DNA from: a virus
Taxonomy: Duplodnaviria > Caudoviricetes
Strand: one strand, 5' to 3'
Length of the DNA: 62,434 bases
IMG/VR virus record: IMGVR_UViG_3300036859_000414
Location: 1-62,434 of that record
Part shown: piece by piece, positions 16,957 to 26,316 of the stretch
How positions within the stretch are numbered: the first letter of the stretch is position 1
Layout: each line of letters starts with the position of its first letter
The notes under the pieces: model-generated
The model's database searches: none
What the model saw: only the letters and a program-made list of their open reading frames with translations
Told to the model about the DNA's origin: nothing
Position numbers and translations under genes: made by a program

Positions 16957-19433
16957 GCGGCCATTCCTAGATACTTGCGGAGCGCCTTCTCCGTCTGCTT
17001 CTCTTCGTCCGTGTCCGGCTTGCACGCACGCCAGTTGAGTCCGACTGCACCATCACTTGCACATGACCACCCTTGTGGGTAGTAGTGTCGAACGATGTCT
17101 GGATAGCGTGACGCCTGTTCGATCTCAGGGAACCTGCGCTCCATGATATCCCGCATACACTCGTCTGCCTGCTTCGCGACATCCTTGTGCGCCATGACGA
17201 CGCACTCGTCGTGCACGCTCATACGGAGCGTTGCGCCCTTCGGAAGCTGTGCTTCGAGAAGGATGAGTGCGATGTACATCATGTGTGCCGCATTGCCCTG
17301 CATCGGGAAGTTGAATGCTTCAGGGAGCTGTTGGTTCGTGAACCACCAACGCCTACGACCCCAGGCTGTTGGGTAGTAGTGGTTCTTCAGCACATAGCTC
17401 TTGATCGAGTCTCGGAACTCGAAGTACTGTTTCAACTCGCGTTTCAGGTTCGCGACATAAAGATCGACGCGATCGAGGGGGATGTACGTGTCTGGCTGTC
17501 CTGCGCGTCCTTCCGAGACGCTCTTGTTGCTACGACCGTAGAGAAGACCGTAGTTGATTGCTTTTGCCTCGAAGCGTTCGCGCTTCGTGACTTCCTCATA
17601 GGCCTTTTGGAATGCTTTGGACCACGCGTCGCTGTGAGGATCTCTTCCACGAATGATCGCGTCGAGCCCTGTCTCATCTCCTGCAAGGGTCATTGCAATA
17701 CGCCACTCGATGCCCGACCAGTCACGAGAGATGATCACGTGGTCTGGAGTGTCTGGGACGATGATCTCTCGGACTTCGTTCGGCCAGTTCTGTAGGTTCG
17801 GACCCATGCTGTTCAGACGGCCTGTGGCTGCTTTCGCGCTGCCGAATGTCGAGTGTACGAAGTAGTTCTCGTCTTGAGGACAGCACACGAAGGTACTATC
17901 CCATTTGCGCAGCGTCCGTATGGACCTTACGAGCTTGAAGATCGGGCTGAGAGCTTTCATCGACGGATCGGTGCTCTGATCCATGATGAGCGCGAGAGCG
18001 TCTAGAGCATCTGCGTCGACAGATGGGCGCATTCCGAACTGTCTGTCTGTCACGTACTGGACGGGCAGGCCCATCTGGTCGTACAGGAGATGCTTGAGCT
18101 GCTTCGGCGAGTCTACGTTGAACGAGGCGTCACCAAGACCTCTCTTCAGCTTAATCTCGTACTCATCCGCTTTGCGATTGAGGATGATGTGCCACCCTGC
18201 TGCACGCTGTTGGTCTTTTTTCACTCCCCTCTGTCGCATGTGTCGCAGGACAGGCTGCAACGGCATAATCTGGTTGAAGTACAGAGCAGTCTGTCCCAAC
18301 TGCTCCATTTCTTTGTACTCGTCTTCGAAACCGCGCACCGTTGCGTGCACGTCCTTGCAGCAGCCGATCTGGAGGGCATCCTCTCCAGACTTGTACATCG
18401 AGTCGTCTTTCCAGTACTTCTCGTCCGTGACCGAAGCGCCGATGAAGCCCAAGTCTTTCGGGAGTGCAGAGTTGAGCAGATGCCATCCGATCATCGTGTC
18501 GAACGTCGGTCCGTTGAACGTGAAGCCTTTGGCCTCTTGGAACGGGATGTCGAACGCTTCGCTGTTCTGTCCGACAGTCAACAGGTCTGGATCCGCATGA
18601 AGCTTCGCGACGAAGGCTTTGACATCCGGCGTCATATCAAAGCAGAAGATCTCGTCTGCGTCTGCTGCGATGCCGATGCAACGGAACGCGTCCACTTTCG
18701 GGTCGAGACCTGTAGTCTCCAAGTCGTGTCCGTAGTACCTCAGTCCGCCGACTCGTGGCGTGCGAATGCGTCGCTCGAGATACTCACCTACTTGATCGAG
18801 CTGAGCGTGGATCGTATACTTCCAGGGACGTCGGCGGATGTCCTCGTAAGCACTTTCTGCCTTTGCACGCGCGAGATCGAACACAGCAGCCGGCCACAAG
18901 TGCTGCTGCCTCATAATCCCTGCTGGGTGGAACGTTCCGACGACCTTGTATCTCTCTGGACCTGTGCCTTCTGGTCCTCTGCGCTTCGGACCTTCTGTCG
19001 GAACTGATCGAACCTGCAGAATGCCTTTCTTCGTCCCAGTGATGGTCTGGTGCGCAATGTTCCCAAGAGTGAGGATGACGTTCGGCTTGACTGTATTCAG
19101 CTCCTTCAAGAGGAACGGAGCACAGCACCGTATCTCCGTCTCGGTCGGTGTCCTATTGACAATCTTGCCATTCGCACCACGCGCTGTCGGACGACACTTC
19201 ACGACGTTCGTCAGAAAGATCTTCTTGCGTTCGATCCCTGCGTGGATGAACTGAGCGTTGAGGACTCGACCACTTCCTCCTTGAAACGGCTTGAGAGAGA
19301 CACCTTCGTCCTCTCCTGGCGCTTCTCCGACAGCGAAGATCGTAGCGTCCTTCGGTCCTTCACCCCACACGATCCCTTCGGTAGAGGTGTACAACGGACA
19401 CACTTTGCACGAGTCAGGTTTCGGATTGCTCAT
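16953..19433 (-). CDS. polA: DNA polymerase, family A, with N-terminal family-4 uracil-DNA-glycosylase-like domain and 3'-5' exonuclease
   Basis: UDG: CKVCPL, VGEAPGEDE, TNVVKCRP, FHPA. Exonuclease: DLET, FDTM. Polymerase: ATGRLNS...NLQN, DWSGIEWR, KAINYGLLYG, VHDE. Confidence 0.95.
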   Translation of the reverse strand: MSNPKPDSCKVCPLYTSTEGIVWGEGPKDATIFAVGEAPGEDEGVSLKPFQGGSGRVLNAQFIHAGIERKKIFLTNVVKCRPTARGANGKIVNRTPTETEIRCCAPFLLKELNTVKPNVILTLGNIAHQTITGTKKGILQVRSVPTEGPKRRGPEGTGPERYKVVGTFHPAGIMRQQHLWPAAVFDLARAKAESAYEDIRRRPWKYTIHAQLDQVGEYLERRIRTPRVGGLRYYGHDLETTGLDPKVDAFRCIGIAADADEIFCFDMTPDVKAFVAKLHADPDLLTVGQNSEAFDIPFQEAKGFTFNGPTFDTMIGWHLLNSALPKDLGFIGASVTDEKYWKDDSMYKSGEDALQIGCCKDVHATVRGFEDEYKEMEQLGQTALYFNQIMPLQPVLRHMRQRGVKKDQQRAAGWHIILNRKADEYEIKLKRGLGDASFNVDSPKQLKHLLYDQMGLPVQYVTDRQFGMRPSVDADALDALALIMDQSTDPSMKALSPIFKLVRSIRTLRKWDSTFVCCPQDENYFVHSTFGSAKAATGRLNSMGPNLQNWPNEVREIIVPDTPDHVIISRDWSGIEWRIAMTLAGDETGLDAIIRGRDPHSDAWSKAFQKAYEEVTKRERFEAKAINYGLLYGRSNKSVSEGRAGQPDTYIPLDRVDLYVANLKRELKQYFEFRDSIKSYVLKNHYYPTAWGRRRWWFTNQQLPEAFNFPMQGNAAHMMYIALILLEAQLPKGATLRMSVHDECVVMAHKDVAKQADECMRDIMERRFPEIEQASRYPDIVRHYYPQGWSCASDGAVGLNWRACKPDTDEEKQTEKALRKYLGMAA

Positions 19434-19870
19434 TTTGTGATGACGTGGAAACGATCGTCGAGTAGTGGGCTAAGAACGGGTTCGACTTGCTCCCATAAGA
19501 GCTGGCCGTTACCGCATCCAGGACGTGGAAGAACAATCGTAGAGTCGTTCGACATGTAGAACGAGTCGATCAGTGCAACGAGCTCAGTAGCACTCCGCTT
19601 GATGAGCTCAAGGTCTGCAGGCTCTCGCCAATGGTGCTTTACGGGAAACGTGAAGAGCTTCGTCGGACCGAACGTGATGTAGTGACAGTGGTTTCCAAAA
19701 CCTCGAATCGTAGAGCCGATACGGTACTCGATTCCAGGATAGCGCGTCTTCGCTTCCAAAGCGCATCCTCTTCCCATTACCGCTCCACCGTTCTGACGGA
19801 CTGCTCCGTTCGTCGTGATAACACGATAGTGAGCTGGATAGGTCCAGAGGTCACCGAAGACGACTCTCAC
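19430..19870 (-). CDS. Macrodomain protein (Poa1p/DarG-like ADP-ribose processing)
   Basis: GDLW, ITTNG...VMGRGCA, FPVKHHWR, LPRPGCGNGQL. Confidence 0.85.
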   Translation of the reverse strand: MRVVFGDLWTYPAHYRVITTNGAVRQNGGAVMGRGCALEAKTRYPGIEYRIGSTIRGFGNHCHYITFGPTKLFTFPVKHHWREPADLELIKRSATELVALIDSFYMSNDSTIVLPRPGCGNGQLLWEQVEPVLSPLLDDRFHVITK

Positions 19871-19871
19871 G

Positions 19872-20009
19872 TTAGTGACTGCTCCACAGGTTCGTTGACC
19901 ACCAGACACCTGCACAGAATCCGACTACGAGTCCGACGATCCCTCCAATGACGAAGAGGAGTCCTCCTCCACCGCTATCCTGTCGACGGTCGAGTGTTTG
20001 GGCTTCCAT
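19872..20009 (-). CDS. Small membrane protein
   Basis: LLFVIGGIVGLVVGFCAGVWW. Confidence 0.5.
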   Translation of the reverse strand: MEAQTLDRRQDSGGGGLLFVIGGIVGLVVGFCAGVWWSTNLWSSH

Positions 20010-20631
20010 GACGTTCTTCCTCCAGTTCGTAGAACATTCGAGGTGAGTCTTCCGTAGCCCACTTGTCGCCTTTGTTCTCGACAGAGTAGAGCTGGTAGTT
20101 CGTTTGGTAGTCGGGACGTTCGAGCATTGGTACGGTGATGAAGGACGGTTCATACCAGCGCAGCCGGTTGTTCGGCTGAGCACAAAATGTTCCGTTGTTC
20201 AGACGGATCACGTGTGCACACTTGTGACCGCCTTCTCCGGGGTTGTCAGCGAGAGACGAGTTGTGCCAGTCGAGGGTGAAGAGGTAGATGCCCTGTTCGA
20301 CCTGGTGGTTCTTGAGGATCACGTCGACTCGAAGGCCTTTTAGGAACGAGTACTCGTTGCACACAATGTCTGAGGACAGACAGTCCCACAGCTCGAGAAG
20401 ATCGAGCGCCATGACAGGTGCGTCCGGCTTATGGACGAAGGCACTGATGGGCATTCGGTGGATCAGTGCACCGTTGTGAAGCATGCAGTGGAAGCCGATT
20501 GCTCGGCTTTGGACGCTCGAGGCGCCGAAGATCGCACACGGGATAAACTCTCCGTGGTGCGCTTCGAGGTTATAGAGATACTCGCTGCGTAGTGCGCAGT
20601 AGACGATCGGAGTATCGACGTTCAGTTCCAC
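19975..20631 (-). CDS. Conserved-type phage hypothetical protein
   Basis: RMPISAF, LWDCLS, YLFTLDW, HKCAH, AQPNNRL. Confidence 0.7.
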   Translation of the reverse strand: MELNVDTPIVYCALRSEYLYNLEAHHGEFIPCAIFGASSVQSRAIGFHCMLHNGALIHRMPISAFVHKPDAPVMALDLLELWDCLSSDIVCNEYSFLKGLRVDVILKNHQVEQGIYLFTLDWHNSSLADNPGEGGHKCAHVIRLNNGTFCAQPNNRLRWYEPSFITVPMLERPDYQTNYQLYSVENKGDKWATEDSPRMFYELEEERHGSPNTRPSTG

Positions 20632-20633
20632 TC

Positions 20634-21134
20634 TCAGCCCTCCGACGATTCGAACTCCAGCAGACAGCCGTTCTCATTATCCTCGAGTACTTCGACCATC
20701 ACACGACGAAACAGACCGTCCGGACGTCGCATTGACTCCCCAGCGTACTCTGCTCGAGCGTGTGTGCCAATCACCTGTGCAATGTGCTCGCAGGAGGACG
20801 AGAGGTCCCACTGTGTCGTCTTGCAACGATGCTCGAGCCACTTGCGCAGCAGGATGTACTCGACATCCCGCTCGTTGTGGAACTGTTCGACATAAAGCAC
20901 GATGTGGAAGATGTGGCGATGTGGGTGTCGAAGGAATGAGACTGCTTCTGGTGCGTCGGGATAGTGATGGATCCCTTCCATCGTGTACTTCACTTGCGCC
21001 CAACGGATGATCTTGTTCACGACTCCTATCCCTCCATGGAAAGGACATACGTCCGTCCCTTCAACTGATCGAAGATGCTGGTGACACTTCTCTCCACAGC
21101 ACGGTGTTCGCTTGTGAGGCGTGCAGTAGCACAT
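20634..21134 (-). CDS. dpdL: QueD-like T-fold protein, DpdL-type (CDG decarboxylase candidate)
   Basis: LRHPHRHIF fits LxxxHRHxF; also RDVEYI, SCEHIA, VLEDNENG. Adjacent to folE. Confidence 0.7.
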   Translation of the reverse strand: MCYCTPHKRTPCCGEKCHQHLRSVEGTDVCPFHGGIGVVNKIIRWAQVKYTMEGIHHYPDAPEAVSFLRHPHRHIFHIVLYVEQFHNERDVEYILLRKWLEHRCKTTQWDLSSSCEHIAQVIGTHARAEYAGESMRRPDGLFRRVMVEVLEDNENGCLLEFESSEG

Positions 21135-21451
21135 CAGCTAAGAGCCTTTCGAACCTTGTTGTTCCACTCCTCCGCTTCACAGTTGCACTTTCCAGGTATC
21201 CGATCTGGGTTGGCACTGCTAAGCTCTCCGTGATCTGGGTGGACACAAGCGCCGCAGCAATACCACGAGTCGTCGCAGTGGTAGTGCTCTCGAGGCTGTA
21301 ACAGGTCCAGCGCAGGCTTGAGAAACGTCACGATGATCGCTGCGAGACGGCTTTGCGAGACTGTCCTGTCCGTCGAGTACACTTCGTCCTGAATCTGCCT
21401 CGCAGCTTTCGCTGCCCAGTCCTCGACCGTGCCTTTCTCCTTCTTCGCCAT
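21134..21451 (-). CDS. Cys/His-rich hypothetical protein
   Basis: HYHCDDSWYCC...CNC. Confidence 0.55.
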   Translation of the reverse strand: MAKKEKGTVEDWAAKAARQIQDEVYSTDRTVSQSRLAAIIVTFLKPALDLLQPREHYHCDDSWYCCGACVHPDHGELSSANPDRIPGKCNCEAEEWNNKVRKALS

Positions 21452-21541
21452 CCCACAACCTCCTGAACTCTGTTGGAGAAACGCTCCCTCCAGCGGAGAT
21501 GTGTCCTCGAAGCCAGAACCTTGCCTCCCACGAGCCAGGCT

Positions 21542-22093
21542 TCATGGTCTTCCGATCGTCGAGTCGAGTTCCTCTCGTGCTGCGGGTGAGTGGAGGAAGA
21601 GGCCTCGGAGACAGCGTGTCACGACGTCGCCAGTGGTCTCAATACCTCGGTAGCGCATACACCCATGCGAGCCTGAGAGGATCACTGCGACGCCTTGAGG
21701 TTGAAGAGCGTCCATGAGCGAATCGGCAGTCTTCTCTCCCAGCTCTTCTTGCATAATCGGCTCGGTGAGGTGCTGCTCGACTACTCGTGCGAGCTTTGAG
21801 AGCCCAAGAACCTTGTCGCCGGTGATGTACGCGACATGCGCTTTGAGCTCTACGGGCAAGAGATGGTGCGGACAGAGCGCGAAGACCGTGTGGTTCCGTA
21901 GGACGATCATGCCCTTTGTCGGAGACGGGAACGTGCGCCAGTTGTTCTCTTGTGGAGTGAGGAGCTGTGCGTACATTCGTGCGACCCGTTTTGGAGTATC
22001 TTTGAAGTTCGAGTCCTTCAGGTCGACACCCATGCCTTGCAGGAGAGTCAGAGCTCCTTTCTCGAGGAGCTTCATGTTCAGTTTCGGGTTCAC
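21542..22093 (-). CDS. folE: GTP cyclohydrolase I
   Basis: TPKRVARMY, LCPHHLLP, GLSKLAR, QE, HGCMRYRG. Confidence 0.95.
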   Translation of the reverse strand: MNPKLNMKLLEKGALTLLQGMGVDLKDSNFKDTPKRVARMYAQLLTPQENNWRTFPSPTKGMIVLRNHTVFALCPHHLLPVELKAHVAYITGDKVLGLSKLARVVEQHLTEPIMQEELGEKTADSLMDALQPQGVAVILSGSHGCMRYRGIETTGDVVTRCLRGLFLHSPAAREELDSTIGRP

Positions 22094-22293
22094 TTCGGAT
22101 CTCCTTCGTTCCACGAGCTCTTGGTGTTTGTTCTTCGACCACCAGTACCTCGGTGCTCGTACACAGTAACCTTCGACACGTACACTCCACCAACGTCGTC
22201 GAGAGTGGTCCTATCGAGAAGCTTCGCAAGAGCTTTTGCGATCTCCTCGCACGTTCCTTTCTCCGTCTGGAGTGAGATATAGACGGTCTTCAC
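22090..22293 (-). CDS. Hypothetical protein
   Basis: Coupled start/stop overlaps on both sides. Confidence 0.55.
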   Translation of the reverse strand: MKTVYISLQTEKGTCEEIAKALAKLLDRTTLDDVGGVYVSKVTVYEHRGTGGRRTNTKSSWNEGDPK

Positions 22294-23075
22294 AGCACCC
22301 TCCTCAGAACACCAACGTTGTACCGAAAGAGCATTTCCTGCTGCGGCGTGATCTCTTCTGCCTTCAATGTAAGGAGCTGTTGAGAGGCGACGGACGGTTC
22401 GCCTTTCGAGGTCGTGTCTTCGCTGCTACGGAGTGACTTGAGCTCGTCGAGCTTTCGACCCTTCATCGCCCACTTGAGCGCTTTCCCAGTATCCACACTC
22501 CACTTGATCGTTCGACCTTCGATGTGGAAGAGGTGCTTCGCAAGGAAGGTCCACTCCTGTAGCTCTTTGAGCGAGTCGACGCCAAGAAGATGGACGCGTG
22601 AGAAATGCGAAGCACGTTCACTATCGATGAAGTACTGCAGTCGGTCCTTCAGCTTGAAGGTGCAGCACAGCATGTCTGCGTCAGTGACGTGAGACAGAAA
22701 CGCTTCGCGCTCTTGCCACGACGCTCGATCCTGGAAGCCTGTCCACACTACTGCGATCTTGTAGCCCTTCACGTTCGCTCGGAGGTGCTTGTACGACTCG
22801 ATCGTGAAGTCGACGTCGTTCACATTATCCGGCGAGATGATGTAGTCGGCGCGGCAACGCTGAGCTGCTTCGACGAGGTCCTTCGAAGAGAGTGCGTAGC
22901 CGAGCTCGTGATAGGAGTTGTCGAGAATAAGCTCTCGTCCAGCAGGCCTGTTCGCGAAGTGCTGCGCATAATCCTTCTCTGCGAGGACCGTGTGAGCGAG
23001 GATAAAGTCCAGATCCGCAAGCTCGGTCCACTCTGCGAGCTTCGACGTTGGCAGTTCCATTGCGAGTTGAATCAA
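22290..23075 (-). CDS. dpdA: TGT-fold deazapurine transglycosylase-like protein (DpdA-like)
   Basis: LILDNSYHE, ISPD, VHLLG and SVDT match TGT-barrel motifs; embedded in the folE/queE/queD cluster. Confidence 0.65.
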   Translation of the reverse strand: MIQLAMELPTSKLAEWTELADLDFILAHTVLAEKDYAQHFANRPAGRELILDNSYHELGYALSSKDLVEAAQRCRADYIISPDNVNDVDFTIESYKHLRANVKGYKIAVVWTGFQDRASWQEREAFLSHVTDADMLCCTFKLKDRLQYFIDSERASHFSRVHLLGVDSLKELQEWTFLAKHLFHIEGRTIKWSVDTGKALKWAMKGRKLDELKSLRSSEDTTSKGEPSVASQQLLTLKAEEITPQQEMLFRYNVGVLRRVL

Positions 23076-23245
23076 GCTTCTACCTCCTGTATTCTACGGC
23101 GTTGGATATGTCCGCACTGGACACACTCTCGCTGCTGTCTGTCTCCTTCTGTCGTACCGAGAGGACCGAAGAGCCGCTCACGTACTACGTGCCACTTTGT
23201 GAACTCTGGATGCAGGCACGTGAACCGTCGGAACCATGCGAACAT
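23072..23245 (-). CDS. Small Zn-binding hypothetical protein
   Basis: CLH...QQRECVQCG. Confidence 0.5.
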   Translation of the reverse strand: MFAWFRRFTCLHPEFTKWHVVRERLFGPLGTTEGDRQQRECVQCGHIQRRRIQEVEA

Positions 23246-23247
23246 CG

Positions 23248-23613
23248 TTACACTCCTCTGATCTCCTTTGGCTTCGCCTGGTGTTTGAGTCGGATCTTCT
23301 CGATCACTTGCCAGCACCGAGCAAGCTCCGTTGTGGCTGCCAGGAACATGTCGACACCGAGCGACCCTTCGCACAAGGCTGCAAGAGTGACCATCACTCC
23401 GCCTACTTCTTGTGAAGGTCGCCCTGTGGGTCTTCGGTAGACGTACTGCACGACAGCTGCAACTTCTTCAAGCGTGAGATCGCAGGACTGAGCCAGCTCT
23501 ACTGCCTCTTCAAGGAAGCGCATGGAGCGCTCTTTCCTGTCCGTTGCACCTTCTACTCCGAAGCAGTCGACGGCCCATTCGTGCACGTCGGATTGATACG
23601 TCTCATCGTTCAT
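23248..23613 (-). CDS. MazG-like nucleotide pyrophosphohydrolase
   Basis: RFLEEAVELAQ...QEVGGVMVTLAALC. Confidence 0.7.
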   Translation of the reverse strand: MNDETYQSDVHEWAVDCFGVEGATDRKERSMRFLEEAVELAQSCDLTLEEVAAVVQYVYRRPTGRPSQEVGGVMVTLAALCEGSLGVDMFLAATTELARCWQVIEKIRLKHQAKPKEIRGV

Positions 23614-23813
23614 CTCACCACATCTCCTGACATCACGACTGGAATAGTCACAACCTTCACTTCCTTGATCCCTGGCATTCCTTGCACCACAGTCCCTACT
23701 GCTTTCGCCATCGTGCCAGGAAGCTGGGGCGTGACATTCGGCAGATTCGCTCCGAACTGCGTCACGAGGAACTGTGGGTCCATGTCGATCTCAACGAACA
23801 ATCGAAGCCTCAT
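23610..23813 (-). CDS. Hypothetical protein
   Basis: MRLRLFVEIDMDP...; ATGA overlaps. Confidence 0.5.
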   Translation of the reverse strand: MRLRLFVEIDMDPQFLVTQFGANLPNVTPQLPGTMAKAVGTVVQGMPGIKEVKVVTIPVVMSGDVVR

Positions 23814-23992
23814 GTCGTAACCGCCTTCACTGCTGCTTTCGCTCCGAAGATCAGAGCGACCATCGCGTACCACAGACCGAAGCTGTCCCACGTCCATGCT
23901 GGCGCTCCTAACCAGTGGTAGAACGTTGCTGCGAAGGCCCAGATCTGCAGGATAGCGATGAGAAGGGCTGCGACAGCTCTCACTGTTCCCAC
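23810..23992 (-). CDS. Small two-TM membrane protein
   Basis: Two hydrophobic segments. Confidence 0.55.
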   Translation of the reverse strand: MGTVRAVAALLIAILQIWAFAATFYHWLGAPAWTWDSFGLWYAMVALIFGAKAAVKAVTT

Positions 23993-24192
23993 CTGCGTTT
24001 GTTCGCCTTCTCTCGTCGCTCAGAAGGCGTTAGAGGCTCTTCGTCCTCACGAGGAGAACGAGTCGAGTCCTTCCCGAAGCGGTTACGTGTCCCTCGGCAC
24101 TTCGGGAAGTTCTTACAACCGTAGAACTCGTACTCCATTCCGACTCGGTGGATCATCGGACCTTCGTCGCAGAGAGGGCAGTCGTAGTCCAT
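23980..24192 (-). CDS. Topoisomerase-type C4 zinc-finger protein
   Basis: CPLC...PM...FYGCKNFPKCRGTR. Confidence 0.75.
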   Translation of the reverse strand: MDYDCPLCDEGPMIHRVGMEYEFYGCKNFPKCRGTRNRFGKDSTRSPREDEEPLTPSERREKANKRRWEQ

Positions 24193-24356
24193 TATTGTCC
24201 TCCTCCCAACCGCATCCCACACCACGGACAGTAGATGATTGGGATCTCGTACTCATCGTTCACGTCGATCACCCACACACCGTGCTTGTTCAGACGGATA
24301 GGTGGGTCTGGAAGGACCCAAGTTTGGGGACGAGGAACGATACAGAGATGCGTCAT
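24192..24356 (-). CDS. Small Zn-ribbon protein
   Basis: Hand translation MTHLC...IPIIYCPWCGMRL; overlaps the queE stop. Confidence 0.55.
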   Translation of the reverse strand: MTHLCIVPRPQTWVLPDPPIRLNKHGVWVIDVNDEYEIPIIYCPWCGMRLGGGQ

Positions 24357-25093
24357 TGGACTTTGAGGATCTTGTGCATCTGGGTAGATAGATTGAGCTC
24401 CGGATGCTCCTTCAGCACGTCGAGGCAGTACATCAAGTTCTGCTTCTCGATCTCGAACTTGCCGTTTCTCGGCTGGATGAAGACCTTCTTGCCTTCATTC
24501 GCCCAGCGGATTGCGTCAGAGAGGTCAGGCCATTTCTTGAGTTCGCCGTTCTGCGACTCGTTCGCAGTCTTGTAGCCTTCTGGTAAGACTCTCCAATGAG
24601 TCGAGTCGCTGCGGTTGATCTCTCCAAGCCCTGGCACAATAACTTTCACTTCGTGTGCCTTAAAGATCATCTCTTCGAGGAAGCCTGGCTTCGGTGATAC
24701 ACAGAGCCACACAGCGCCTGAGTACGCTCGAACAAAATCGGGCGAGAGTGTAGCTTCGCCAAGCATCTTAGTACCGCTCGTCTCGATGTGGATCATCGGC
24801 GGGTGCGCCAGCTTGTTGAATGCTCGGAAGAGAGGGTCAAGCTCTTGGTCGAGAGGCTCGCCACCTGTGAGACATACGTGCCTGTACGGCTCGGTCCAGG
24901 TAGCCAACTCTAACTCTCCCAGCTCTCCACCGCCTCTCCAACCGGGTCCGACTTTGTCGAAATCCGTGTCGCAGTGCTGGCAGATTCTCTTGCCAACAGA
25001 GCACCCGACGAAGCGGATGAAGGCCATAGGAGTGCCTGTGTAGACGCCTTCGCCCTGCAGCGACTTAAACCGTTCAGCGATCTTGTACTTCAT
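24353..25093 (-). CDS. queE: 7-carboxy-7-deazaguanine synthase (radical SAM)
   Basis: FKSLQGEGVYTG, FIRFVGC-x6-CQHCDT, LTGGEP, IETSGT, VSPK, LSTQMHK. Confidence 0.93.
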   Translation of the reverse strand: MKYKIAERFKSLQGEGVYTGTPMAFIRFVGCSVGKRICQHCDTDFDKVGPGWRGGGELGELELATWTEPYRHVCLTGGEPLDQELDPLFRAFNKLAHPPMIHIETSGTKMLGEATLSPDFVRAYSGAVWLCVSPKPGFLEEMIFKAHEVKVIVPGLGEINRSDSTHWRVLPEGYKTANESQNGELKKWPDLSDAIRWANEGKKVFIQPRNGKFEIEKQNLMYCLDVLKEHPELNLSTQMHKILKVQ

Positions 25094-25392
25094 CAGTACA
25101 CCTTGACCCTTCCGACGACTTCCTTGATAAGCTTGTCGAGTGCTTCGGCCGTGAGATGCTTCTGAATCGCTAGGTCGATCTCGAGCATCTTCTCTCCGAG
25201 CAGTTGCTGTGTCAGCCGCACGACTTCCTGCTCGATGATCTTTTTCACAGGATGGTCGTATTGCTTCGTGATGTTGGCGACATACTCGTTAACCATCTTG
25301 ACGAGTGTCTCACCGAGAACGCTATGCAAGACAGCTTCTGCGATGGCTCGATTGATGTCTTCTGCTTTCAGCTCGACTCGGATTTCGCTCAT
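25093..25392 (-). CDS. Hypothetical helical protein
   Basis: MSEIRVELKAEDIN...; overlaps the queD stop. Confidence 0.6.
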   Translation of the reverse strand: MSEIRVELKAEDINRAIAEAVLHSVLGETLVKMVNEYVANITKQYDHPVKKIIEQEVVRLTQQLLGEKMLEIDLAIQKHLTAEALDKLIKEVVGRVKVY

Positions 25393-25796
25393 CGCACCCT
25401 CTCGATCCTCTGGTCCTGTCTCTCTGCAATAGCCGCGTACTTCGCAGTCTCGTGCACGACGACCTTCTCGACGTTGTAGTCTCGGTCGAGTACTTGGTTG
25501 AAGATCAGGGTCGCGATGTTCTCTGTCGTCGGCTCGACGTTCAGAACTACGACTCGAAAGTGCATAGCGTCGAGCGTGTCGATGAGAGGGTCCTCTTCGT
25601 AGAGTACCATCGCATGATCTAGATCCTCTAAGAGGCTCCACAACATGTCATCGGCTCTCTTGAAGTCGATGAACTCACCCATGGTGTGGATGTGTACTTC
25701 GACCGTCACGTTATGCCCATGCGGAGACGAGCAGATGCCGTCATAAGACGGAAGGCGATGGCCCATCGAGATCGTGCGTTGGATCTTGATCTTCAC
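25389..25796 (-). CDS. queD: 6-carboxytetrahydropterin synthase
   Basis: GHRL...CSSPHGHN, IDF, LDH, PTTENIA, VHET. Confidence 0.93.
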   Translation of the reverse strand: MKIKIQRTISMGHRLPSYDGICSSPHGHNVTVEVHIHTMGEFIDFKRADDMLWSLLEDLDHAMVLYEEDPLIDTLDAMHFRVVVLNVEPTTENIATLIFNQVLDRDYNVEKVVVHETAKYAAIAERQDQRIERVR

Positions 25797-25975
25797 TTCG
25801 GCTCTCCTTGTGGGAAGAGACGCTCCACGCAGTTCTGTCGAACGACAGAGTCATCTGCGTTGATCACACAGAGCTCGAGGTCCTTGAGCTGGGGGATCGT
25901 GAGCTTGACGGTCTTCTGGCCACAGGCAAGACTCAGCGCTGTGACGAGAAGGACGAGCCTGAGTAGGTCTCGCAT
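25793..25975 (-). CDS. Small lipoprotein
   Basis: Lipobox-like LSLAC after a hydrophobic stretch. Confidence 0.55.
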   Translation of the reverse strand: MRDLLRLVLLVTALSLACGQKTVKLTIPQLKDLELCVINADDSVVRQNCVERLFPQGEPK

Positions 25976-25983
25976 GGGTCCTC

Positions 25984-26316
25984 CTAGAACGGGATGTCGG
26001 TGTCTGGAACGGGTAGTGCTTCTTCGATGAGAGGCGATCGGACTCTTTCGAAGTTCGGCACAAAGAGCCTCGAGATCAACGGTCCGAAGGCCGCGTTGCC
26101 TGTCACGAGTGCGACTGGCTTCGAGTAGCGCTCTCGACTTCCTTCGTACTGTTTCGTTGCGTATGTCGTACCCGTCTGCGGCGTGACGACAATCAGTTCG
26201 TGGCTACACGAACAGAGGCCTGGAAGGCATTGGATCGGATTCTCGCCTTTCGGATCGCAGTAGGCGCAGTACCGCCACGTCTTCGCCATCAGTTCGAAGT
26301 TCCTCAGATCAGCCAT
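25984..26316 (-). CDS. Hypothetical Zn-binding protein
   Basis: CAYC...CSC; C-terminal DIPF. Confidence 0.55.
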   Translation of the reverse strand: MADLRNFELMAKTWRYCAYCDPKGENPIQCLPGLCSCSHELIVVTPQTGTTYATKQYEGSRERYSKPVALVTGNAAFGPLISRLFVPNFERVRSPLIEEALPVPDTDIPF

